A DNA stretch of 64,000 nt from Paraphysomonas bandaiensis (GCA_965644295.1 CBFFRP010000379.1:62001-126000); one strand, 5' to 3'; positions 12,102 through 23,053 are shown, numbered from the stretch's first letter. The notes: generated from the letters alone by a model not told the origin. Numbers and translations are program-made.

Positions 12102-12497
12102 ACGACGCAGTGGTAAATATTCAGGGTAGTTGCTATTTGTTACTCGGCTTCCGGTTACACTTTATCGAGGTGCTAACACCATTGTGTTCCAGGAATCCCT
12201 ATCATATGCTTAGGATTTGCGCTAGCATGCATAGCAATAAATTCTGGACGTTATTCGCTGTATCAAATAATAATACATGTTTTGATATGAAGTCATCTGT
12301 AGAATTGTATGAGATATTTTTCTTGACAAGTAAATCTCATAGCACTAGCTTCTGGTTAATAAATGATGTCCCTTATAAACACATTCAAGAAGCCATTATT
12401 CATAAGAACTCCATACTTGGTAGAGTCCAGAGTTTCTAACTTCTCAAGATAGATTAAATAATATGATATAACTTTGCTAGTACACTCGTACGGCTTT

Positions 12498-12890
12498 ATT
12501 GATAAGTCTTCTTTGTTGATCTTATTAGCAATTACTATATAACGCTACGAAAGCTCCTTGTGCGTCGCCACGAGCATCAAGGTGCGACCACTTCCGTTCG
12601 TGTATGTAAGGGAGAAGCTCTCTATGGACGTGAGTCCTTGGAGTGCAAATGGGGTTAGTCAAGGTGGCGTAACTTGTCCCTTGGGGAAGGGCTCTGCAGG
12701 ACTTTTGGGAGGCACAGGATTCTAAATTAGTGAGTCGAGTGCTCCTAGCCTGAGAAACACAAGCGAGGAGGTGGAGTGGGGCTCCTGCATGTCCGGAGAT
12801 GGTGCGCGCCGCGAGTTGGGCCTGGGGCAAAGGAAGAGATGGAATACGTACGCTATCGTACTTCCACTTGTGCAGAGGTATACACATGGG
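12498..12890 (-). mobile_element. 5'-truncated LINE-like remnant ending in structured tail copy A1 (core 12548-12596)
   Basis: Tail core cggaagtggtcgcaccttgatgctcgtggcgacgcacaaggagctttcg. Upstream decayed peptide AQLAARTISG..ARSTRLTNL resembles the post-RT region of I/ingi-group LINEs (weak). Confidence 0.6.
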
Positions 12891-13017
12891 AGAAAAGACA
12901 TGGTGCAGGTCATCTCGTTACACGCAGTTACCGAAGAACCAGTGGTTCCGTCAAAAAACCTGAAGTCAGCAGATGCCAGGTACATCAACATTTCTGCTTG
13001 CTCACGGAGTAATAGAA

Positions 13018-13222
13018 CAAAGGTGGTTGCACCTTAGTGATTGCGGTGACGCACAAGCAGGTTTTGCAGCGTTAAATATAGTAGGATATTAATAGATTTT
13101 GTACTATTAGTTAGTTCAAGTTGAGGTAGACATCTATCTAGCTTGTGACTAGTTTTCATCTAGCTACTAAAAGCTGGTGCTAATTGTCAACGCCTATTGC
13201 AAAAATAATAAGACATTCAAGA
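13018..13222 (+). mobile_element. Retroposon 3' tail copy A2 (core 13018-13066)
   Basis: caaaggtggttgcaccttagtgattgcggtgacgcacaagcaggttttg..cgttaaatatagtaggata..catctagctact..aacgcctattgc..aataagacattcaa; homologous to 22742-22932. Confidence 0.85.
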
Positions 13223-13335
13223 TCAAATGTACCCCTATTATGAATCTTATACAATCTACGTGCTGTAGTGTATTATACACTATACACTAAATAAAATAGT
13301 GGTACCATTCACATTAGAATCTTCGGGGTAATTTT

Positions 13336-13459
13336 CAGGGCTGCACAACAATTAATTTCAATTTAATAGCAACCTTCCTGCGAGCAATTAAATGGCAATT
13401 ATTACGTATATTCCACGCAATTTATTTGCAATTTAATTATTATTTGTTGCGCAGCCCTC
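13336..13459. mobile_element. hAT-family MITE (~124 bp)
   Basis: TIRs cagggctgcacaacaa / ttgttgcgcagccct; AT-rich interior with caattaa motifs; no clear TSD. Confidence 0.7.
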
Positions 13460-13598
13460 AGTGGTTATATTATTAGTATGTCTACAATCACGATCTAAGA
13501 AGTATTAAATTTATACCAAACAAAAGTAAAATGTAACCCCGCCATACTGCGCTCAAGTATCTCACGTTAATGGCTAATAACTAACTCAATTTCTCACG

Positions 13599-14270
13599 AT
13601 ATTGAAAGTCTTCTTATATTTAGCAATAGGCGTTAAAAATCTGCACCAATGTAGTGGCCAGTTGAATGCTAGACAACCTATATTTAGACCTCTACCCATA
13701 ACTAATCAGTACACACTTTTTTATCTTACTATTTAGCGCTACAGAAGCTGCTTGTGCGTCGCCGCAAGCACCAAGGTGCGACCACTTCCATTCTTAATGT
13801 TGATTGTGAGGTTCGCCGTGATGGTGTGTCCTAGGACTCACTGGCGGATGTGATCAGGGGGTCTCCCCTTGGGATGAGATTCCACCGGGCTGTGTGGAGG
13901 TACAGGGTTCTGTAGTAAGGTTCTGAGTGTACCTAGTGTTAGGCGTGTGGTCTGAGAGGTGGGTGGAGGGGTGGAATGTGGCGCTGTGACGGGTAAGTAA
14001 TCAGTGAGCAAAGCAAGTAGTGGAGCGGTCATTTTTGGAGATTTGGTTTGTCTAGTCCCCGTACATTTTTGCGGTCCGCACCACTATCGGAGGAAAATTC
14101 CTTCCCTTATTGAATGTATGAGGGGTGGTTGCAGGATTGTGTCCTTTGAACTCCCCTGAACCTATATGGTGATTCCTTGTGGAGACGAATGCTTACAAGT
14201 GTAGGAATTATTTCTAGCAGTGGATGAAGCTTTTGCTGTCTTAGCCAGTGGCAGAGAACACATGCCAATT
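13599..14270 (-). mobile_element. 5'-truncated LINE-like remnant ending in tail copy A3 (core 13742-13790)
   Basis: Full tail homologous to 22742-22932, preceded by GC-richer decayed coding-like DNA (..PKGRPPD..) similar to the DNA upstream of A6. Left boundary of the upstream part is approximate. Confidence 0.7.
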
Positions 14271-14624
14271 TCTCACGAACACATTTAATCTAATACACAA
14301 TTCAAGGTTGAGATGGTGCTTATTAACTTATAGTTTTATGTATTCTTGCCTTTTCTTTAAATTTCTTCTGTGTTTTATGTACATATAGTCAAGACATGGT
14401 TCAAGTTATATACTATAGATACATACTAGGCGACACAACTGCATGAAAACACAATAGTACAGCCTCATTCTAAGTATATAATGCTTATTTCTTAATATTA
14501 CGAGTGTGATTGAAATAAGAATAATTTCTCGGCCGTAACATATATATTTTGTGCCTTAATGACTGCGTAACATAATGCAATAAAATATTAATAATAATAT
14601 GTATCATTAATCGCAACTGTGTGT

Positions 14625-17600
14625 TTATTTTGTGCAAACCAAGGAGCCTTTCTTTCTCTCTGTACTAGCTCTTTTTCCCATTTCTGTTTGTAGAAGTGTA
14701 CCGTACAACTCAATACCGCTGCAGGGGATAGTTTTTGACAGTGGCCCACAACAATCCAACTGAAGCAATCTGAAATAACGAAAAGGCTCACAGATGTCTT
14801 TCAGATGCCAAGAGGCAACAGCTAAAGATCCATCACTTTTAGATACTTCAGTATCGTTCATATGTCGCTTGATTGTTACCCAATTCTCACTACTGCTTCT
14901 TCTACCTTGAAGTTCCCAACTCACCAATATATTCTTCATTTTATCGTAGCCACGAAGGCAGTAGAAATTCGGAACCAGAAGCCTTTCTGCACCAAGGTCT
15001 AGAGATATCCAGGAGCACGGGTAATTAGTATCCAGTTCAATATTTTGAGGGGGACGGTGCTCCACGTACACTGCTGCGTCAGCACAATACCACTTGCAAC
15101 TCATTTTTACACCAACGTTCCCATTAGTATGGGGGTTGGAGTATTCTCTTTCGCCGCCCTCTGTGCCAATCCAATACAAAACTCCATTCTCATCAAACGG
15201 TTCGATACACTGAAAATCTCTTTGCAGAGTAGGTACAAATATAGAAGGCGTACATATGCTGGTCACAGAAGACCACGCACTTCGTGCACCATTTATAACT
15301 GCGCGAACTCTGAAGTATATCATACATGATGGCAAGTCCTTGACGGATATCAGGAAGCAAAGGGAGCGCGAAGTACCGATGTCAATAAAGTCTTCATCAG
15401 TTAATTCACATAACTCTTTTTCTTGGTCGTGGCTAACATAACGCTGTACCTATAAATATGTAACGTGCAAGTACCTATATGTAGAAGATGTCACCTCAAA
15501 ATAGGTCATATCTGACATGTTGTTGGGATGCTTATTCTGCTTGTCTGTTGGGCTCATGGTCCATGATACAATAAGACTACTCCAAGCCTTTCCAGTGTTG
15601 TTTTCAGAGTATACTTCTTTGCATGTTAAATCTACAGGAGCGCATGGAACATAATTCGTTTGAGCAGTCTTAGATTTCCTTCCTCCAAAATAAGAAAACA
15701 CCTATTTTGCATACTATTACATACACGATAACGGCCAATAAACACAATGTACACCTTTTTTACGAAAGACTTCTTCTTTTTGAGCTTCAACTCAGGAACC
15801 TCTTTATTTTGTTGCGAAGGACCGCTCAGAGCAACTAACGGGGATATACTCAACCCTGTTGCTTCAGAGCTTATGGTAGATTGCTTCATAAACTTGGGTT
15901 TACTTTTAACCTCCGGGGTTTGAGCGACGCTTGTTTTTGAAGTACACCGTACTAAAGTGTCTGATGTTTTTATTGACATTATTTCAGTGCGTGAGCCTGA
16001 CGACGACAGCGAATAATCTGACCTCACAGAAGGACAAGATATTAAGCTCAAGCCAAGCGATACCGCTTGGCTACGGTCATCATATGGAGAGCAGGAACGG
16101 TCTGAGAGAGAATCCCTAACAACAGTATCCCCTTCATCTGCAAAGTCTAGCTCTTGCACAATAGTGCTACCACAATCACCATCGTCGTCCTCTTTGACTA
16201 CCGTAGATTCATCCTCAGAATATAGATAGCTGTCATCACTGTACACAATGGATGCATAAGTTGAAAGTCGACGCAACTCCGAATTAAAGTGTTTGACCTC
16301 AGTACAAGCAGAACTTCCTACTGAGCTCCGTTCATTGATGTCTCCTGAAACAGAACTTTTTACAGATGTAATCGCTGCAGATGAAGTTGAACTCTCCCTC
16401 AGGCGGCTGCTTAGTGAACTTGACACACTGAACCGGACTCCCTCTTCTGAATCTCCTGATGGCTGTGTCACTGTACCTTTAATGAAACTAAGTTCAAACT
16501 CCAACTCTGATATACGTTGTGTAGCAGCTGCTAGCTCTGCCTCAAGGTCAGTTATGCGCCTGGAGTCGATGGACCGTTGAAGCTGTGCCTCCTCCAACTC
16601 TATTTGCAGCCGGCTCCTTAATTGAGTCTCATCCTCTAGGTTGTCAGTGAGAGCGTCACGAGCAAACTGCAACGCTTGTATCTACATTATAATAAAAAGT
16701 CAACACTGCATCATATTATAAGTAAAATTTACCTCCACAGCCATGGCATTGTTTTCTTGTTTCGTTTGTTCAAGAGTGGCAAGAAGAACTTTGGTGTGAC
16801 TAAACCTTCCTTCAGCAGCTTCGCGTGACACCTCCAGTTCATACTCACACTTCTCCAAAGTATCTTGTGTTATTTGGAGGTTTTTACTTTGCTCTTCTAA
16901 TTCGGCTTCTTTTGCTGCCAAGGCATCTTCTAGCTCGCGATTGATTTGCATTAATAACGTATTGTCTTCAATAAGCTTTTCGAATTGACCTTTCGTACAT
17001 GGAGTCATGGGAGGTTCAGGTGTATTTCCCGGACTATTCTCTTTGTCACAAATACTACTTCTTCTTGGAGGTGTACGTGACATTCTTGATTTTCTAGATT
17101 TTGGAGAATTGAATTTATCAGATATTGGCCTTAGAACGTCTCCTGTATTAGCAGGATCTCCTTTAATAAGTGCTCTATTGGCAGACAAGCGGCGTCTACC
17201 AGAGGCTGAAAGTCGTGTTGGAGATCGCGCCCTAGAAAGCACCTCTACTTGGGCTCTCAGTGAAGTTATTTCGGCTTGTAATGATTCTAATGACCCTACT
17301 GTTGAAGAATTAACAGTCGCAATGTTGCATACTCCCCTGGATCGCTGTGCGAAGTAAAGAGTAGAGAGGGTCTCGTTATAACATGACTCCGCAGGAGAGA
17401 CAGTTGCTATTAATGTCGTCTAGTGTTATGTGGCAGAAATATACGTGTCAATGAAACATACCACATAAAAATATAATCATACCTTTGAGTTGCCGCCTAG
17501 GGAATCTCTCAACAAAAATGTGAGTTTACTATCTCTGTAGTTTATATGTCGTTTACGCTTCGCACGAGTTGTAGGAGAGGTTGATATAAGCTCATTTATA

Positions 17601-18532
17601 ACTCGACCAAGACAAGTTAAGGATTTGTTGATTACACTTGCTTCCTTAAGTCTACTGCCAGTAGCTTGGGTATCTTTCTGTCGCTCACTTCCTGCGAGGT
17701 CAACCATTGAGAATCTGGCCGTCACTACACGACTCGCACCAGTACGCTTATCGGTGTATCGACTCTCTATCGTGAGCTGAAAAACAGCGTGGGACCGACT
17801 GGAGAGTCGATTCATAGCAGTTTCACTGACATGTCTATTTTTATATCCCTCAGCAAGAACTGCGGTGGCATCACTGAGACTCTCCACACGCTGTTCCTTA
17901 CACCCCTCGACATACACACCAAGGTTGGCATCTTCACGAACAGCTAACCCTCCTATATTGTGACTCGAAGAGTCTAACAGGTCAAATATTTTCTCTTGGT
18001 AAATCTCATAAAATGAGCATCTAAAAGAGTGGTTCTCCTTGCTTCCAATTGTTGCCCATAAGTACTCAAGCACACGTGGTACTATCCCCCGATGAGAAAG
18101 TTGCTCAGAACCGCTCAGTGAACTCCCTAGCTGTGGTCCAAATATAGTGTAGGTTTTCCCTATGGAACAAAACACTATTCAAAACTACACGGTTTAGTGC
18201 GATCCTTACATACCACTGCCTGTTTGGCCATAGCACAATATGGTCCCATTGTACCCTTCCAGACATCGTTTAGTGACAGGTAATCCAACTCGTTCAAATA
18301 TAGATTCTTGAGATACTGTTTCACCCGCTGAATAGTCGTAGTGGAAAGCTTTCGAATCTCCTTTTGTTTCGAGTATAATTGTTGCTTCATTGCCATCAAC
18401 ACTTACGCACTTTTGCATTGATATTCCTCGCATCTCGCGTTTGTTTGGAGGACGTACACGGCAAACAACTTGAATGTGGCCATCATCAACCAAACTACTC
18501 CTCATACTTTGCATGGTGAGTATGGTTGTCAA
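14625..18532 (-). CDS. Kinesin (kinesin-12/KIF15-like motor) with coiled coil and C-terminal FN3 plus discoidin-like module, 6 exons
   Basis: Motor motifs IQVVCRVRP, YGQTGSGKT, SFYEIYQE, MNRLSSRSH, VDLAGSE and YRDSKLTFLL. In-frame GT-AG introns 18213-18160, 17482-17420, 16732-16682, 15754-15702 and 15494-15450 link all ORFs through to FDENGVLYWIG..FRYFRL..GIELYG. Confidence 0.88.
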
Positions 18533-19012
18533 GTATGTGGTTATCTATTGTCCCATTAACCTGATGGCATATAGATGCCAGAGCCTGATAATCATAACAT
18601 CAAATCTCAACGGTCGAACCTGTCAGTATACAGTGGAATACGTACACTACATGGACACTGTGATTGCTAGTTGTTGGAATTCTTACTGTACGTAGTTTCA
18701 TGTCAAATACGGTTGTTATACACTCACATCAGAGTCGTCATCGTCAGTGAAAATCATGAGGTTGTACTAGTATGAGAATACACTGTGGACATCCCTTCAC
18801 CTACAATACGCTCATGATATTGAAATATTCCATACAAAATCTCTCGTTGATGCATCTTTTGGTGAAACACACGCATACCTCATACTGTTATTAGCCAGTC
18901 ATGTACATATGAAACGTACCATATACTGAAGTGAGAAATTAACGAAGTATGTGTTACTTCTTATTACCCAATCAAAGGCTTTAATACTCCAATTGAGTGA
19001 CGTGAAAGTTCA

Positions 19013-21736
19013 ATGAAGTCAGAGACTGCATCCAATCACAGCGATGAGAAGTATAAGAATAAAACATGCCCCTTTACTATAAGTAAAATAAATTTATTTC
19101 GTATATTAACGAGCTCCATTCTATCGATCGTTATAGCGATAGGCGGCTATGGTTCGTACTATGTATTAAGAAATATTGAAAACGATACAATCTATCGACA
19201 ATTTGATTCATATTCAGGGCAAATACAAAATGAAGTACAGAAGTATTTAGTTCGTAATGTGTTGGCTTCGAATGCAATTTCTAAAATATATGCTGATAAG
19301 TGTCCACGTGATTCAGACTGGCCGAATTGTTTATTAGAGCTCGATTTCTTGGAAGCTGTTGCTATTGATATATTTGAACTTGCTGCATTGGATGGTTTTG
19401 CATACAGTGCGGTGATAACGACTGATCAACAACAGGATTTTGAGGATTTTATATATGAACAGTATGGTCAGTATGGAGTCGGACAGTCTTCATTTGGTAA
19501 AGGTATATACGGCCTCAGTATTGATAAAGGGGGACCTGATTACAGGTATAAGGTTGTTAATGGGTCATTCGGACAACCGTATCTAGCCCCTTTGGTTCAG
19601 TTGACTGATTTTAGAAATCTGGCCCCTGCTATTGTACTGTATGATGAATACTCGGAGTATATACGGTACCTTGCCCTCAATGAGATGCGAGCATGTGTGG
19701 AGGCGAAGGAATCCAAAACTACCCACTGTTCGATCCTCTCAGAAATCATCACCTTCCCAGCATCGCTTACGCAGCCAGCCTCAGACATACCCCCGAAGTC
19801 TCTATTATTCACCTCTGTCCAGCCCAAGATTTCAAATAGCTCGGTAGCAACTGGGGCTATTATAACTGGAGTAGAGTGGTCAGCTGTTATAAGTGGCATT
19901 ATCCCTCATGACATAAATGGTATCGAGTGTATCATAGCGGTTAATGGTTTGGAATACATATTCGAGATTAAGAATGGTGATGGAGCTTTCAAGAAACAAC
20001 GGGAATCTCGGAGGGTATGGGGTACTATTGACTGCAAACATTGCATTCCATTGCAATATTTTGATGGGACATCTGTGTACTACTTGTATATTAAACGCAC
20101 GGACGTCTTCGACAGGCAGTACCGAAGCTGGGGACCAGTGATTGCATCTGTTATATTTGTGGTCATGATCGTTATTTTGAGTGTGATATTTTTCGCGTAT
20201 GACGCTTTTGTGAATAAGGAAATCTTTCAGAAGGAGATTATTCTTAATACGAAACAGCTCTTTGTGCGCTATATATCGCACGAGATCCGAACACCCATCA
20301 ATACTATTCATGTGGGAATCAGCTTGCTCTTTAGCGAGATGCGCTCTGCGCTTCAGGATACCACTTTACAAACTGATGTATCGCAGAAGATTAAATATTG
20401 GTTAGATATGATTTTCGACATAGAGACATCCTCTGCATCTGCCATACAGGTACTGAATGATCTGCTGGATTATGAACAAATCCAAATCAGCAAGCTGAAT
20501 ATGGACGTCTCTATGATATCAGTCTGGTCGATATGTGAAAACGTATTTTGGTCTTTCCGTTATAATTTGGAGACCAAACGAATCAAGTATGCTCTGCATA
20601 TGCAAATTATGGACGAGGACGAAAGTAAGGACAGTAGCGTGCGAGTATTCAGCAGTCACCGTGCAGACTCTGTGGATATCGAAGAAGGTGAGGCACAGAT
20701 GGTGGACAGGAAGGAATTCATGAAAAAGCTTGTGGTTATGGGAGATCTAAAGAAGATAGAGCAAGTGATGCGAAATCTGATTAGTAATGCAATTAAATTT
20801 ACTCCTTCTGGGGGGCAGCTGATGGTAGATGTATCATGGGTCCCTGGAGATGATGACCGGTCTGCATCACCTATGAGTATACCTTTGAACTCTATGTTGC
20901 GCAAAAATTTGACCACGAGTAATGGTGTAATTAAAGTGAGTGTATCTGACACAGGCGAAGGTATGACCCCAGAGCAGCAAGAGAGGGTTTTCAATGAGGG
21001 TGTGCAATTCGATGCCAATCGGCTTCAGGATGGAAAGGGGAGTGGCTTAGGCCTGTGGATATCAAAAGGTATCATAGAGGAGCATAAGGGTCATATATAC
21101 GTGGAATCGAAGGGCATTGGACATGGAACGACGTTCACTTTTGAACTTCCATGCTATTATGATGAAACTTTCTCCTTTGTTCCCTACAACAAAGCACATA
21201 CAGTTAATGATGCCAACACCCGTGTGACTAAACAAAAAGATATTAAACACGTTCTTGTAGTTGACGATTCGGTTCCCAATGTTAAAGTGGTTAAGCGGCT
21301 GCTGGCTAATGCAGGATACACGTGTCAATATGCATATAATGGAATGGAATGCCTTGAAAAGCTCGAAAGGGATGATTACCATACGATATGTGATTTGGTC
21401 ATCATAGATAATCACATGCCACTTATGGACGGTCCAGCTGCAGTAAAGGAAATTCGCAAGAGGAAGTATGATGTAGCGGTAATTGGCCTGACAGGTTCTA
21501 TAACTCCAGATGAACTTGAGCACTTCATGTCCTTTGGATGCGATGATGTACTCAGTAAGCCATTGAATATACAGAAGTTGAACGAAACAATTGACGCTCT
21601 TGATAAGTCTGTCCCGCCAGTGGTCTCTGATTTGAATGGCGAGGCTATTATTTCTAATGGCGAAACTGAAACTGACAGCGAAGTTGTTGCAGGTGAAGAC
21701 ATAGCTGTCCCCAGCTACAGAGTCGTGAGAGTTTAG
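19013..21736 (+). CDS. Membrane hybrid sensor histidine kinase (TM, CHASE-like sensor, TM, HisKA, HATPase, receiver)
   Basis: H-box ISHEIRTP, N-box NLISNAIKFT, G1 DTGEG, G2 GSGLGL, receiver LVVDD..IIDNHMP..KP; two TM helices flank the sensor region. Confidence 0.95.
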   Translation: MKSETASNHSDEKYKNKTCPFTISKINLFRILTSSILSIVIAIGGYGSYYVLRNIENDTIYRQFDSYSGQIQNEVQKYLVRNVLASNAISKIYADKCPRDSDWPNCLLELDFLEAVAIDIFELAALDGFAYSAVITTDQQQDFEDFIYEQYGQYGVGQSSFGKGIYGLSIDKGGPDYRYKVVNGSFGQPYLAPLVQLTDFRNLAPAIVLYDEYSEYIRYLALNEMRACVEAKESKTTHCSILSEIITFPASLTQPASDIPPKSLLFTSVQPKISNSSVATGAIITGVEWSAVISGIIPHDINGIECIIAVNGLEYIFEIKNGDGAFKKQRESRRVWGTIDCKHCIPLQYFDGTSVYYLYIKRTDVFDRQYRSWGPVIASVIFVVMIVILSVIFFAYDAFVNKEIFQKEIILNTKQLFVRYISHEIRTPINTIHVGISLLFSEMRSALQDTTLQTDVSQKIKYWLDMIFDIETSSASAIQVLNDLLDYEQIQISKLNMDVSMISVWSICENVFWSFRYNLETKRIKYALHMQIMDEDESKDSSVRVFSSHRADSVDIEEGEAQMVDRKEFMKKLVVMGDLKKIEQVMRNLISNAIKFTPSGGQLMVDVSWVPGDDDRSASPMSIPLNSMLRKNLTTSNGVIKVSVSDTGEGMTPEQQERVFNEGVQFDANRLQDGKGSGLGLWISKGIIEEHKGHIYVESKGIGHGTTFTFELPCYYDETFSFVPYNKAHTVNDANTRVTKQKDIKHVLVVDDSVPNVKVVKRLLANAGYTCQYAYNGMECLEKLERDDYHTICDLVIIDNHMPLMDGPAAVKEIRKRKYDVAVIGLTGSITPDELEHFMSFGCDDVLSKPLNIQKLNETIDALDKSVPPVVSDLNGEAIISNGETETDSEVVAGEDIAVPSYRVVRV

Positions 21737-22445
21737 TATTGTGGAGGAATAGTGTCCTCAGGTGGAGTTCCAGTGGTCTTTACATGATCTATTTCTATAA
21801 TATTAATGTCGAGAGGCATGGATACGTCGATGAACAATATACACACGATAGTACTATTTTACTGTTTCACCCCAAATCTCATGTGTTTGTAGTAGCTAGG
21901 GTATTAATACTTTTTTATATCTGTTAGCAGAAAAAATTATGAAAAGCTTCTTGTGGCTCGAAATAACTTGACTGCTAGTGAAACCTGTAATGAATAAAGC
22001 TTAATTATGTTAATATATAATTATAATTTAGATCACTTTAAGTATTAAGCAAATATCCTGATTCCTGATTGTAGTATTTTGTAGGACAATAGCTGCGTTC
22101 GGAAGTAGATAAAATATCAACAATGGTGACACATTTTGATATAAACACACAGAAATGAAACTATCCGATTCGCTCTATTTGCAAATTTGAGTGGAACGAT
22201 ACAACGATACTTCCTATCCCGAGTTAATATAGTACATTATCCTCAAGATGTTGAAAACCTAACTTCAAGAATGTATAGCTATTAGTAACTTGCTTGCTGT
22301 TGAAGGAAATAGGTGTTCCCTGATTAGCATTATGAAAGCAAAAATGAAAAATCAATGTATAGCTTCAAATCAATAGTATCTACGCAATAAAATGTCAACT
22401 GTACTAGATTAAATACGTTGTTCTGTACTATGATGCGATATAGAT

Positions 22446-22533
22446 CCCTCAACAAAGTCGGACTCGCACCTTTTCGTGGTGTTCTGGGGGATAAGTACCG
22501 GAGAGATTCTCTCTGGGAAACTAACGTGAGCCG
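22446..22533 (+). ncRNA. Putative HDV-like self-cleaving ribozyme (Pr77/L1Tc type)
   Basis: P1 CCCUC-AAC/GUU(CU)GGGGG; P2 CGG(A)CUCG/UGAGCCG; P3 ACC/GGU with loop UUUUCGU; AGUAC; P4 CCGGAGAG/CUCUCUGG; J4/2 GAAACUAA with candidate catalytic C22521. Confidence 0.75.
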
Positions 22534-22932
22534 CAAGCATAGTCAGCAGATAATGTTCTTCCCACTCATAGCCGAATGCTTGTGTGGTACAAGGGACACC
22601 AATAGGTGTCACTTGTGTAGACGTCTTTGGGCCCTGACGAATAAACAGGCATTCGGGACAGGGCCCACCTGCAGGGTAATCGGGGTATTGGGCTGCCTGC
22701 TGAAGTCAAGCATCCGGGATGTTCACCTTAAGGACACAGAACGGAAGTGGTTGCACCTTGGTGCTTGCGGCGACGCACAAGCATCTTCCGTAGCGTTAAA
22801 TAGTAGGATAAAAAAGTGTGTACTGATTAGTTACAGGTAAAGGTCTAGCTAGTTTTTGTCTAGCATTCATCTAGCTACTAAGTTGCTGCAGGTTTTTAAC
22901 GCCTATTGCTAAATAAAAGACTTTTTCAATAT
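22446..22932 (+). mobile_element. Short non-autonomous retroposon (RIME/NARTc-like): ribozyme head, body and LINE-shared 3' tail A4
   Basis: Head 22446-22533 is identical to the minus-strand copy at 55919-56006. Body runs to ~22730. Tail 22742-22932 is shared with five other loci and has an aataaa near its end. No convincing ORF; no TSD identified. Confidence 0.8.
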
Positions 22933-22993
22933 AATATGTTAATATACCTGACATCTGCTGACTTCAGAATTTTTGAGTCCCTAATGTGAACAT

Positions 22994-23053
22994 GTGAACA
23001 GCCCGGATACTTAGCTTCAGCAAGTAGCCCAATACTCCGGATGCTATTGAGGT
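22994..23053 (-). repeat. Inverted diverged fragment of the retroposon body
   Basis: gtgaacagcccggatacttagcttcagcaagtagcccaatac is the reverse complement of ~22686-22727 and matches 55720-55797. Confidence 0.7.

Noticed and set aside
22630-22670. Hammerhead ribozyme (CTGACGA here, CTGATGA in copy 2)
   Set aside because: No correctly placed GAAA or stem III/UH could be built.
22446-22730. Fanzor/IscB omega-RNA or tracrRNA
   Set aside because: No TnpB, IscB or Fanzor ORF was recognised in the window, and the HDV/Pr77 fold explains the landmarks better.
22697-22733. 2A-like peptide (LLK..DVHL) as in ingi-type ORFs
   Set aside because: NPGP is absent and the homologous fragment at 22994 does not preserve the reading.
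22790-22810. Pistol ribozyme (CGTTAAATAG)
   Set aside because: The required P1 loop pseudoknot and downstream GCGU are absent.
22418-22840. 140-aa ORF and related ORFs at 55705-56110
   Set aside because: Incidental frames across a non-coding repeat; an indel between copies breaks the frame.
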